A stretch of 63,734 nt of DNA, the filler included, from Octopus bimaculoides (lineage: Eukaryota), in the NCBI RefSeq assembly GCF_001194135.2. It is 7 parts of 6 records of this genome, joined end to end, with 100 filler letters (N's around TTAATTAATTAA, not from the genome) between each part and the next. Parts side by side here need not be neighbours in the genome. Positions count along the whole stretch, not along the records: positions 1 to 24,385 come from NC_068991.1; 6 more parts are not named here. One strand, written 5' to 3'. A model generated the notes under the pieces. The model saw only the letters and a program-made list of their open reading frames with translations. It searched no databases and was not told the DNA's origin. Positions 1-10,642 of the stretch are shown here, piece after piece (positions within the stretch are counted from its first letter, which is position 1; each line of letters opens with the position of its first letter). Both the position numbers and the translations under genes were made by a program.

Positions 1-2228
1 TGTATATATACATACATACATGCATACATACATGCATATCTATATATATATATATCCATATGTCCATATATATGTATAACTATATCTATCTACGATGATG
101 AGGCTATATAATAGATGGATAGACAGACAGACAGGCAGAGAGATGAGGGCTTTTCACAGTCAAATCACTTGATAAATTCTAGTTTTCAGGGTTTTGATTA
201 TATTTATCAAAACAGGAACTACAGGTTTATGAGCTGAGCAGTGATTGGATAAAATTTTTGCATTTCATTTCTTTCTTTCTCTCTCTTCTTTTCTTTGTTC
301 TTCTTTCTTTTTTCTTCTCTGTCTTTCTTTCTTCTTTGCTTCTGTCTCCCTCTCTTTCTTTCTTTCTCTCTCTCTCTCTCTATCTATCTTTATACACCTC
401 TCTTTGTTTCTCTCTCCCTTTCTTTTTCTCTCTCTCTTTCTTTCTTTCTCTCTCTATCTATCTTTATACACCTCCCACCTCTTCCTTCACTCTCACTAGA
501 TCTCACCATTCCTGCAGCTGCTGTGGTTCATGTGTGCCTGTGTCTGTGTATCTGTGTATGTATGTATGTGTGTGCATATGTGTGTGTGTGTGTGTGTGTG
601 TGTGGGTGTATGTGTGTATGCTCATCCTTGTTTCTGCGTTGGATCACTTCCAGTCGTTGTCATTGTCGAATAGCCCTGTGTCAAATTTCATCACGATGAC
701 CTATAATCAAGGACATTCCAGTCATGCCCATCCTGTCTTTTAGGAGCAACATGTGACTCAATAATCTAATGTGCCTTTTATTTAAGACAGTAGGGTGTGA
801 TCTGAGTGAGAGTTAGCTGCTGTTTCTAGTCGTTCAAGTGGCCATCCAGAGCAATGTCTCTCATCAGTGGAGATGTGGGGAGGGTCCTGGTTGGATTGAA
901 ATGGGAACAGACAAACGGACATGTTTAATAAAACTGAGAAGGTTTTAAACTTTTTAAACTTGTGCCAGAGAAAGAAGAATTCCATGAATGCAAACTCAAT
1001 CTTTGATAGAAATTGGAGTGAAGAGTCTTGCTTAAGCTTTGGAATGTGGAAAGCGAATACCTATCCTTTACTTGTTTCAGTCATTTGACTGTGGCCATGC
1101 TGGGGCACTACCTTGAAGGGTTTTAGTCAAATGAATCGACCCTAGGTCTTGTTTTTTCTCTTTTTTGAAGCCTAATACTTATTCTATTAATCTCTTTTGC
1201 TGAACTGCTAAGTTATGGGGATGCAAACACACCAACACTGACTGTCAAGCAGTGATGGAAGACAAACACAGAGACACCCACACACACATACACACACATG
1301 CGCACTTCACTTTCTGTCCACCAAATCCACTCACAAGGCTTTGGTTGGCCTGAGGCTATAGCAGAAGACACTTGCCCAAGGTGCTACACAGTGGGACTGA
1401 ACCTGGAACCATGTGGTTGGGAAGCAAGCTTCTTACCACGCAGCCACTTCTGCGCCTATATGTATATATACAACAGGTTTCTTTCAGTTTCCGTTTGCCA
1501 AATCTACACACAAGGCTTTGGTTGGCCTGAGGCTATAGCAGAAGACACTTGCCCAAGGTGCCATGCAGTGGGACTGAACCTGGAACCATGCGGTTGAGAA
1601 GCTAGCTTCTGATCACACAGTCATTGCCTGCAGCTATATCCACACAAAATTTTATTACCATTAATTGCAGAAAGCAGTTTTATTCAACATCTTTGAAAAA
1701 ATAAAATCCTTTTTCTTATCCTGTGAGAAGCGGAGACAACAAAAGCCAATTTTTCCCATTTTCTAAACTTTTTCTCATACTTCAAATGTTTCTTTACAAA
1801 GCAGAAATCAAATAATTTCTGTGGAAAATATATAAAGCTACACAAAGGAAACTGTAAAAATATTGTAGAAAATATCAATTCTGATTTTTCGGTGGATACT
1901 CACATAATTACAGGAATGACCATGAAATTTCATTAGACAAAGTTTTAATATTAGAGGGGAGGGGGATAAGCATATTTTGAAAACCACTGATCTAGTGCTA
2001 CCCTGATTGCCTTGTGATAGTCCAGAGATAGTGATAGCTGTAGCCCTGTTACTCTGTTTATGATAGTTGCCATGGTTTCAATTGTAGTTTAGTAATGACA
2101 GCATGGGGGAGGTGTTTGTTGCTAGTAGTAATTATATGGGGGCTGGTTGCTAATAGCAGTAGTAGTAGTAGTGGTGGTGATGTTGTCTCTGTTATTGGTG
2201 GCCATGGTTGGATTCATTGGAGTGGTGA

Positions 2229-2260
<32 letters not shown>

Positions 2261-3345
2261 ATGGTGTTTTGTGACAATTGAGGTCAAATTGTGAATAGTG
2301 ACACAAGTGTGTGCTTGTGGTGGCCATGGATGAGGTAGGGGTGCGTCTATGATGGTGACAATAATGGCGGAAGTAGCGGTGGTGGCAGTGGCGGCCGTGG
2401 TGGTGGTAGTGAGGTTTGTAGTATTGGTAGTGGTGGTGGCAGTGACAGATGTAGTAGTGGCAGATTTGGTAGATGGAAACTGAAAGAAGTCTGTCATGTG
2501 TGTGTGTGTGCGTGTGTGTGTGTGTGTGTGTGTATGCGGGTGTCTGTATTTTTGTGTGTGTGTGTGTGTTTGTTTCCCACCACCATCACCACTTAACAAC
2601 CGGTGTTGGTGTGTTTATGTCCCTGCAACTAAGCGATTCAACAAGAGAAACCGACAGAGCAAGTACCAGGCTTAAAAAAAAAAGTTCAGGGGTCAATTTA
2701 TCCAACTAAAAATTCTTCAAAGTGGTGCGACTGAAAGAAACAAAAGGCAAAAGGTAAAACGGTATTCCTAATTAATAATTAATAATTAAAAATATAAAAG
2801 AATTTTTTAAGCATCGAATATTTACGAGGATCCACCCGAGTAATATAGAAACGAAAGGGGTCCATAGTTAAAAAATGGCTGGAATATAAGTCATTATTCA
2901 TTATTCTCTTCATTTTTAGTCTTGAAGGTCCTGTAAATATTATGGGAGTTGACCAAGCCCCAACACCTCCATCCCCACCCCCAAAATGGGTGTCTCTAAG
3001 TTAAAATCATCAAAGGATAGGATTAATTAATATTAACCCAATTATGAATGCAATACTTAATTGGAGTCACGGGGGCCAACATAGTTAATGTAATAAACAT
3101 CACACCCACCTCTAATAACATCACCGAAATAAAATTTAATCAAGTAATTAAGGTGGCGCTCCAGCATGACCACAGTCCAATGACTGAAACTAGTAAGAGG
3201 GCAAAAAACTTAAACCTATAATGAAAAGGAAAAAAAAATCCTTAATGTTAATGATAATGATTGTCAAAACAGGGAAGGGGGACAACTCCAAAATATGAAC
3301 TAATTAAAGATTGAATGAGAGCATTTGCTGGTAACTATAGTAACA

Positions 3346-3388
3346 ACTCCAAACATATTTCAGCATTATTAGACTTCCTCAGTGAAGC
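3346..3388 (-). ncRNA. Decayed hammerhead-ribozyme-like motif
   Basis: Minus strand reads GCTTCA CTGAGGA AGT[CTAATAAT]GCT GAAA TATGTT TGGAGT. Core boxes and a 6-bp stem I (two G.U pairs) are present; stems II and III are weak. Confidence 0.35.
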
Positions 3389-3931
3389 ATTGAATCATTG
3401 TCTTAACCACACTTGAAGAACACTAATGTTTTGTGTTGATAACAGACAGGTGGAATACACTGATTCCAGGATGGTGCTAATATAATGTAGAATGGTAAAC
3501 GTAACTGGATATTAACAGATGTTTGGATATACAGTTACAGAGTCTATTTTTGTGTGTGTTGGGGGGGGGGGTAAGTTCCCCCTCTTCATTATTTTTAATA
3601 TGCTCTGATTGTAACGGTTTCAGTTTGGGTGCTGCAGCTAAAAACTCACCTTGTATTCTTCATATTTCAGCAGAGAAACGCAGCTATATTTCTATTTTAA
3701 GGAGCCTTGTTGTAAGTTTTGCAAATTAACAGACATTATTCTCAAGAATTGAGGCTGGGGGTGGAGGGTAAGTGAATCTAAAGACACAGTGACTGGCATC
3801 ACAACGGTGCTAATGTTGTTGTTATTGTTGAGCGTCAACTCAAGCAGATTTGTGATTAAGGGTATTCTAGTATGACCATCTTATGTTTTATTGGAACATG
3901 GTGTATCTAGGACTACATCCAATCAGTCTTT

Positions 3932-4075
3932 CATCATCATCATCATCGTTTAACGTCCGCTTTCCATGCTAGCATGGGTTGGACAATTTGACTGAGGACT
4001 GGTGAACCAGATGGCTGCACCAGGCTCCAATCTGATTTGGTAGAGTTTCTACAGCTGGATGCCCTTCCTAACGCC
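3932..4075 (-). mobile_element. RTE-type 3'-tail retroposon with (GAT)n tail; second copy at about 5979-6152
   Basis: Minus strand GGCGTTAGGAAGGGCATCCAGCTGTAGAAAC...GGAAAGCGGACGTTAAAC(GAT)n is present twice. Confidence 0.65.
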
Positions 4076-6497
4076 TATTATATTCTTTAAATTGCAGCTG
4101 GGTACCAAACCAGTCCTCATGCATTTCTTGAGTTAATCATCACCGACTAAACTGTCCCTTTTGTAAGTTTTTTGACTCCCAGTAAAAAGAGAAAAGGCAG
4201 AAACTCCCTTCCTCTGGGGTCACAAATGTAATGCACTTTATATCCTTGTTCTTCTAAAATAGCATAGCTTACTTGGAGATTTGGTTGTTATTTCTAGTAG
4301 TTTGTGTAACCATCTAGAGGCTCCCTAGTTGGCTGGCAGAGCAAATAAAATTACAATAGCTTGTGGTAATGTTAATAGAGTTGGTGGTGGTGGTGGTAAT
4401 AGGAGCATATCTGTATGAGAGGGCGATGGTTAAGTGGACGGTGACAATAAGTTGAATAAGAGGAGGAAGGGTAAACAGAAAGACTGAGTGTCTGCCAAGC
4501 GACTAAGTATGTGTGTGTGTGTGCAAGAAGGTGAAAGAGTTATATGCTGTGGTCTTTGCATGACAGCATGTATATATATATATATGTATATATATGTGTG
4601 TGTACGTGGGAAGCATGAACTGGCATTTGGGGCTGTGATGGAATAGTATAGGGTTAGTAATGCTCATTCCACGCCCTATGGATTTTCTGCCCCTCCATCT
4701 CCTTCAGCTCTTTTTATTTTATTTTTTTTATAATATAATAAATATAGATTACTAACACCAGCCAACGAAGAGGGGCTGTCACCAGTCACTCCACCAGCTA
4801 GAAACAGTAACCAAATACCCTACTGAAATCATGCCTTGTTGTTTTAATGAACTTTACTGGATAATATAGTCCTATATATTCCTTAAATGATGGAACAGTC
4901 ATGGCTGGAACGCCTTTGACCATAAGTCTGCGTAACTGGGATGGGTGGGGTGAGCAACAACAAAAACAGTACCATTAATATGACTCTCAGAGAGGTTTTG
5001 TCACATGACATTTGTCAAGACTAAACATTGTAAATCTCAACCTCTACTGGATGGTCACTCTTTGATTGTCTCTCATCTCTGTTTGTCTCTCTCTCTCTCT
5101 TTCATTCTGTTAATTTCTCTTTTTCGCTGCCTTTCACTCAGTCAGTCACTCTCTCTCTCTCCCTCCCTCTTTCTGTCTCATTGATTCTTTTTTCTATCTT
5201 TCAGATAGTCACTCACTCTCTCTGTTTCACTATCTCTCTCTCACACACATACATCCACTCTTTCTCTCTCCCTCTCTTGCACACATATCCACTAGCTCTC
5301 TCTCTCATATACACCCACTCTGTCTGTCTGTCTATTTCACTCCCCTCTCTCTCTCTCTTCCTCTCATTCCACTCACCAAGAAACAGTTTGATTTATTCCA
5401 CTGGAAGAATTAAACAAGTTTTATAACACCATCTCTGCTCCCCACCCCGTTTCTCTTGCATTCCTTCTCCGTTCTCCCCCTCTCTCTCTTTATCTGATTT
5501 CCTGCCTCTCACACACTCACACCTCCCACCTTCTCCTTTCTTTAATGTGCTTCATTCTCTAAGATGACTTTGGGTCACACTGTGTCACCAGATCGTTGAA
5601 GTCCTCTCAACTAACTTCTGCCATTTCAACAAAACAACAACAATGCAAAGCACATTATGGATGGGACTCCAGAGAAAGAGAATCCCTGCCTCACCCTTTT
5701 CCTCCTCTCTTTTTTTACTGGGAAGCATGGAATTTCTAAAAGAGACTGTTTAGGTTTAGAAGTTTTCAACCAGCGTCCATATAAGATTGGGGGGGNNNNN
5801 NNNNNNNNGGGGGGGGGGGGAGTCCACACAACAACAAATTAGTAAATTGGGGATCCACAACAAAATTTTAAGGGTTCCTGAAAAAATTATGCTTCAGATG
5901 TATATTGGTAAGGATTACAAGAAATAGCTGGGTTTCTTTCTCTAACATTTTACATAATTCAACCTAAACAAGTTAATGTCATCATCATCATTGTTTAACA
6001 TCCGCTTTCCATGCTGGCATAGGTTGGACGGTTAGTCTGAGGACTGGCAAGCCAGGAGGCTGCACCAGGCTCCAATCTGATCTGGCAAGGTTTCCACAGT
6101 TGGATGCCCTTCCTAATGCCAACCACTCTGGGAGAGTAGTGGGTGCTTTTTTGAGATAGTGCCTTATTTTGAGTAAGAAAATTTTTAACAATAAATCAAG
6201 GAAAAAAAATGATAACGAGATGGTGGACTGATAGAATGGTTAGAGATCAGAGAAAATGCCTTGCAGTAGTTTTAAATCCAATCAAGGTCCACTTTGCCTT
6301 CTAATTTTCTGGGAAATCAATAAAATAAGTGTCATTTGGCTCTGATTTTAATCAGCATATTCTTTCCTACCTATTTACATATATCTATATTATTCTGTTA
6401 AGAAAGTGGGAAAGAGCAAGTCAAGTGATAGATTTGTGTATCTAAATGCTATTCGAGTAGATCACACTATCACATACAAATTTTCTTGATAATTCAT

Positions 6498-6503
6498 AAA
6501 AAA
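6498..6503 (-). terminator. Pol III T6 terminator of the tRNA-Arg gene
   Basis: A6 on + (T6 on -) lies 5 nt past the tRNA discriminator base. Confidence 0.85.
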
Positions 6504-6508
6504 GCAAT

Positions 6509-6581
6509 CATCCCTGGTGGGGCTCGAACCCACGGCCTCTGGATTAGAAGTCCAGCGCGCTATCCACTGCGCTACAGGGAC
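6509..6581 (-). tRNA. tRNA-Arg-TCT: tRNA-Arg, anticodon TCT, intronless
   Basis: Minus strand reads GTCCCTG TA GCGC AGTGGATA GCGC G CTGGA CTTCTAA TCCAG AGGCC GTGGG TTCGAGC CCCAC CAGGGAT G, a complete 73-nt cloverleaf with all stems paired. Anticodon at 6546-6548; A and B boxes intact. Confidence 0.97.
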
Positions 6582-7509
6582 TAAGTGCTTACGTCCAGCG
6601 ACTGATTCTGTAGTGTAGCAAATGCAGTAGCGAGATGAAATATATTGCGTTTACTTAGTGATTACATAATGTTCTATAATGTAATTATTTTGGCACTACT
6701 GAATGCATTCTGCAGACACTCGTCTACTTTTGCATTCATTGCTGAATATCTCCATGTTCTTTAAAGAATAATTAGAACTTTACTGGTCCCTTATAATTAA
6801 AGGTAAATTTAAACTATTTTTCGGGGCAAAAAATTACAAATTGAAAACAAAAATAAACGTGTATGAAAAACGTCCTGTACGCCACGTATAATTTTCAACC
6901 CAGATTTCAACTCCATGACTTTTATTCTCAATTAATGGTTTTATTTTAAATTTAATTTTAAATAGATTTTCATTTATTTTTAACATTAATTACTAATAAG
7001 GTGGAGGTAAAAGTCTAATTATGTTTAAAAAAAAGAAACAAAAATATCCCGATGTTATCGGCATGAATAGCTTGGATTGATTGATACTGTAAATAAAATA
7101 ATATCCTCTGTTTGAATTGTTATATATCAAACCTGTTTCACAAAATATGAAAGAAAAGCAGTTGAAACTGACATCAGCAGTTGAGTTAATCGTCAAAGAT
7201 GAAGGCCAAAATCAACATCGATTGGATTCGAACTCAGAACAATGCAAAAAAAAAAACAATGCTACTGAGACACTGAAGAAAGTTTTGATCAACGCGCTAC
7301 CGATTCTGCCAATGAATCACTTCTATGGTATTCAGCCTTCGGTATTCTATACTTCTGAAGGCGGTCGATTTCAGTTGTAGAATTTGCTACTATCTTTTAA
7401 AGTCATTTAAAATTAGACTTACAGGAATTTAATCACATTACGGGGGTGTTAATTTAATTACTATATATATATATATATATATCACTGGACATATTAACAA
7501 CTGACGTTT

Positions 7510-7845
7510 TCGGATTCCTGGTGAATATGCACGTGACTTGTTTGTTTATATAGCAACAGCGCAGGAAGCAACGGAATTTCGTTAATACGCAAAAACGTTA
7601 ATGGTACATAGATTTTGAGAGAAAGGCAACAATTAAATTGAATTTAATGTTATCGAAGCATTCCTATCTATCTCTTTCGTTTTCAGATTTGATGAATATG
7701 CATGTGACCTCTTTGTTTATATAGCAACAGCGCGGGAAGCAACGGAATTTTGTTAGATCATACGCAAAATGTAGAAGGTACATAGATTTTGAGCGAAAAG
7801 CGAAACAATTAAATACAATTTAATATTATCGAAGCATTACTATCT
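7510..7845. repeat. Diverged tandem duplication of an about 170-bp unit
   Basis: Units at about 7510-7670 and 7682-7845 share GAATATGCA.GTGAC, TTTGTTTATATAGCAACAGCGC.GGAAGCAACGGAATTT, GGTACATAGATTTTGAG and TATCGAAGCATT. Confidence 0.85.
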
Positions 7846-8784
7846 TCCTATTGCTTTGCATTTTTGTTTGTTTGTTTTAGGGGTGAATAAGGTAAAAACA
7901 AAAAAATGTGCTAATTTGTTATTCATCATAGGCAACTTACACGAAATGTGGAAGATGCTTAATTATACATAAACATCCTACACCACATTCAAAAGAAAGA
8001 TATTCGTCTCAGACCAATACTCTACAACCAGTGACCCAAAGAAGCATTTATTTATTTATTCTTTCAGTACTGCCACGACATTCTCTTTGGATCCGTCTCT
8101 AAAAAGAAAAACCAAGTTGCATATCTTTTTCATTCAAGTCACCTCCAGACATGTCTTGTCTTCTCCCATTATTTAAAATGTAGAAGAATACTTCTCAATC
8201 CTCCACTAAACACTTGTCTAATCCTTTATTCCCAGAGCAGCAATCCTCTGGAATATTCTCCTGGTCAATGCTGTTTAGTCTGAAGTCAGCACAGTGACTG
8301 TGCAGGTCTGTGTTGAAAGGTGTTCCAATGAGGGCTCTAAGATTACATTAGACGTGTCGTTTGAAGGAGGTGTTTGCTGTTATTTCTAGCAGGTCGAGCG
8401 ATCACGTGTCAGTTCTCTTGTTAGCTCGTCCACTCCATTTCTCCTGTTGGTGTTGATCTACAGAATCCCAAAATAAAAAAATTGAACTGCATCGATCTCA
8501 CTCGTCACATGACGATTTTCGTTTACTTTTTGAATTATTCAGACGATGATCTAATGAATTCACTTGTTAATAATGAATGAAAGGTTTAAATCCCTTCCAT
8601 AACACGAACGTGGTTTAGTTTGCACTAAATGTTGCACACACCCACACATACGAATAAAGAGGGAATGTGTGATGCTTAACATATCGATGATTAGTCCCCC
8701 CCCACCTTTTTTTTAGTGAGAAGTGGGCTTTCGGGAGACTCATTCATTTCTGAAGACCTTTAGTTGCGTAAGTGACGTAAAATG

Positions 8785-9093
8785 TGTCCAACTAAAACGT
8801 GATGTTCTGGCACCCCGTAATTTACGACGACGAGGGTTCCAGGTGATCCGATCAACGGAACAGCCTGTTCGTAAAATTAACGTGCAAGTGGCTGAGCACT
8901 CCACAGACACGCGTACCCTAAACGTAGTTCTCAGGGAGGTTAAGCGTGACACAGTGTGACAAGGCTAGTCCTTTGAATTACAGGTGAACTGGAGTAAAGT
9001 GAAATTAAATGTCTTGCTCAAGGATACACTGCGCCGCCAGAAATCGAACCCACGATGGTGAGCTGAATACCTTAACCACTAAGCCACGCGCCT
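8785..9093 (-). mobile_element. Chimeric SINE: family E head and core joined to the family B 3' half
   Basis: The head carries GTATCCTTGAGCAAGACATTTAATTTCAC, as in copies at about 15735-15860, 30555-30730 and 32812-32950. It switches at CCTGTAATTCAAAGG to the family B tail. Confidence 0.7.
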
Positions 9094-9204
9094 TCTGAAA
9101 CACTACCCTCATAGTTTTAAGACAACAAAGCGTATCCTTTCTAATTTCGGAAGTCTTCGGTTATAACATACCCCTTTCATTTGGCGACCGGAAGGGATGT
9201 AAAT

Positions 9205-9242
<38 letters not shown>

Positions 9243-9654
9243 ATGCGTTAGGGCCAGTTTATTTACGAGAAATCGTAGTTTGCAAGGCGGTGAGCTGACA
9301 CAATCGTTAGCATGCCGGACGAAATGCTTAGCGGTATTTCGTCCGTCCTTACGCTCTGAGTCCATATTCCGCTGAGGTCAGCTTTGCCTTTCATTCTTTC
9401 GGGGTCGATAAATGAAGTACAAGTTGCGTACTGGGGTCGATCTAATCGACTGGCCCCCCTCCTCTAAAATTTCGAGCCTTGTGTCTAGAGCAGAAAAAAA
9501 AAATTGTTGTTTGTAATATGAAACGACAAATTTATAAAATAATTACAGAATACATTGTTCACGAATAGAAATAATATTTTCAAAAGCTCTACCACTCAAT
9601 GATCATGTGTCATTGTACCATCTCGACTCCATTTCGTTCAAAGAAGTAAGGTAG

Positions 9655-9708
9655 GACAACTGCAGTGCTGATGACGCCTATTTAGGCGGAAACGTATTCA
9701 CAGCTGTC
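9655..9708 (+). ncRNA. Minimal type I hammerhead-ribozyme-like motif (degenerate)
   Basis: GACAACT-GCA-GTG CTGATGA CGCCT[ATTT]AGGCG GAAA CGTATT CAC-AGCTGTC. Both core boxes are present, with a 5-bp stem II and a stem I of 3+7 bp (bulge, one mismatch). Stem III is imperfect. Confidence 0.6.
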
Positions 9709-10021
9709 TTCTTGTCTCTAGACATGGCTCATCATCTAACGGGCAACTCCACTAAAACTCAAGGCAATTTTTTATTAGGTATTCCATTCATAAAGTACCA
9801 CAGACCGCAGTTTGTTCATGACTACTCTTTGATATACAATCTAGTATTTAAAATAAATTGTTACACGATCGTAAAAAGAAAAGGAAAAAAATGCTAGTAG
9901 CCACAAAGTTTGACAAAGATGGCCTCTAACTTATAAAGAAAGATCAAAACTATTAAATAGTGAAATATGAAATGGAAACAGAAAAATGTTGAATAACTTT
10001 CAAATATTCGTAAGAAATTCG

Positions 10022-10642
10022 GGATCTATTTTAAAACGGGGGCGCCAGTATTTTCTTAACGAAACACTTTGAAACTTGGGACACTGGTAGAATGTGTCAT
10101 ATAAAACATCTTTTACTCTTAGTCTGCTTAACAAAAAAAAAGGAATTCGCAAGTTATTCCATGTTAAAGTTGTCGTATTTCTGTAATTTCAACCAATCAC
10201 TGACGTCTATTCAGCTGAATAGAGTTACTGCTGGGCGGTCATAAAAATGTTATTCCCTGTGACATATTTCATCCGGTTTAATCGTAATTTATACGCATAT
10301 ATTGTTTATATAATAAATTACGCTGTTCGTATCTATGTGTGTAACAATTTTAGAGTTCGGATTCTAGGGTTAGGGTTACGGTTAACAGTCTAGTTAGGGT
10401 TAGGGGATTAATACGATATACACCGTTACAGCGCTAACTGTTTTCAACTGAATAGACGTCAGTGATTAGTAGAAATTATCGAAATAAGACAATTTTTTAC
10501 ATGAAATAAATTCGAATACAAAAATATTTTTCTGTTCTATAACACAAAATAGATAAGTATACGAAGTTTGAAAGTCTTTCCGTACCAAAAACACTACATA
10601 AAACATAAATGAAAACTGACGCCCCCGTTTTAAAATAGATCC
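10022..10642. mobile_element. MITE with about 27-bp TIRs, 8-bp TSD and internal telomere-like repeats (Merlin-like by termini)
   Basis: TIR GGATCTATTTTAAAACGGGGGCG(C/T)CAGT at both ends. Flanks GAAATTCG (10014-10021) and GAAACTCG (10643-10650) match at 7/8. A second internal inverted repeat lies at about 10157-10219 / 10443-10507, and TTAGGG-like runs at 10365-10405. Confidence 0.8.

Noticed and set aside
2192-2599. His/Thr-rich 135-aa ORF
   Set aside because: It derives from (GAT/GGT/GTA)n and (GT)n simple repeats plus a SINE fragment.
2761-3150. AT-rich island between SINE fragments, considered as a NUMT or viral insert
   Set aside because: There is no recognisable mitochondrial or viral ORF in any frame I read. 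It has a faint resemblance to a LINE C-terminus, too weak to call.
10365-10405. TTAGGG repeats as a telomere or chromosome-fusion relic
   Set aside because: There are only a few degenerate units, enclosed within a TIR element.
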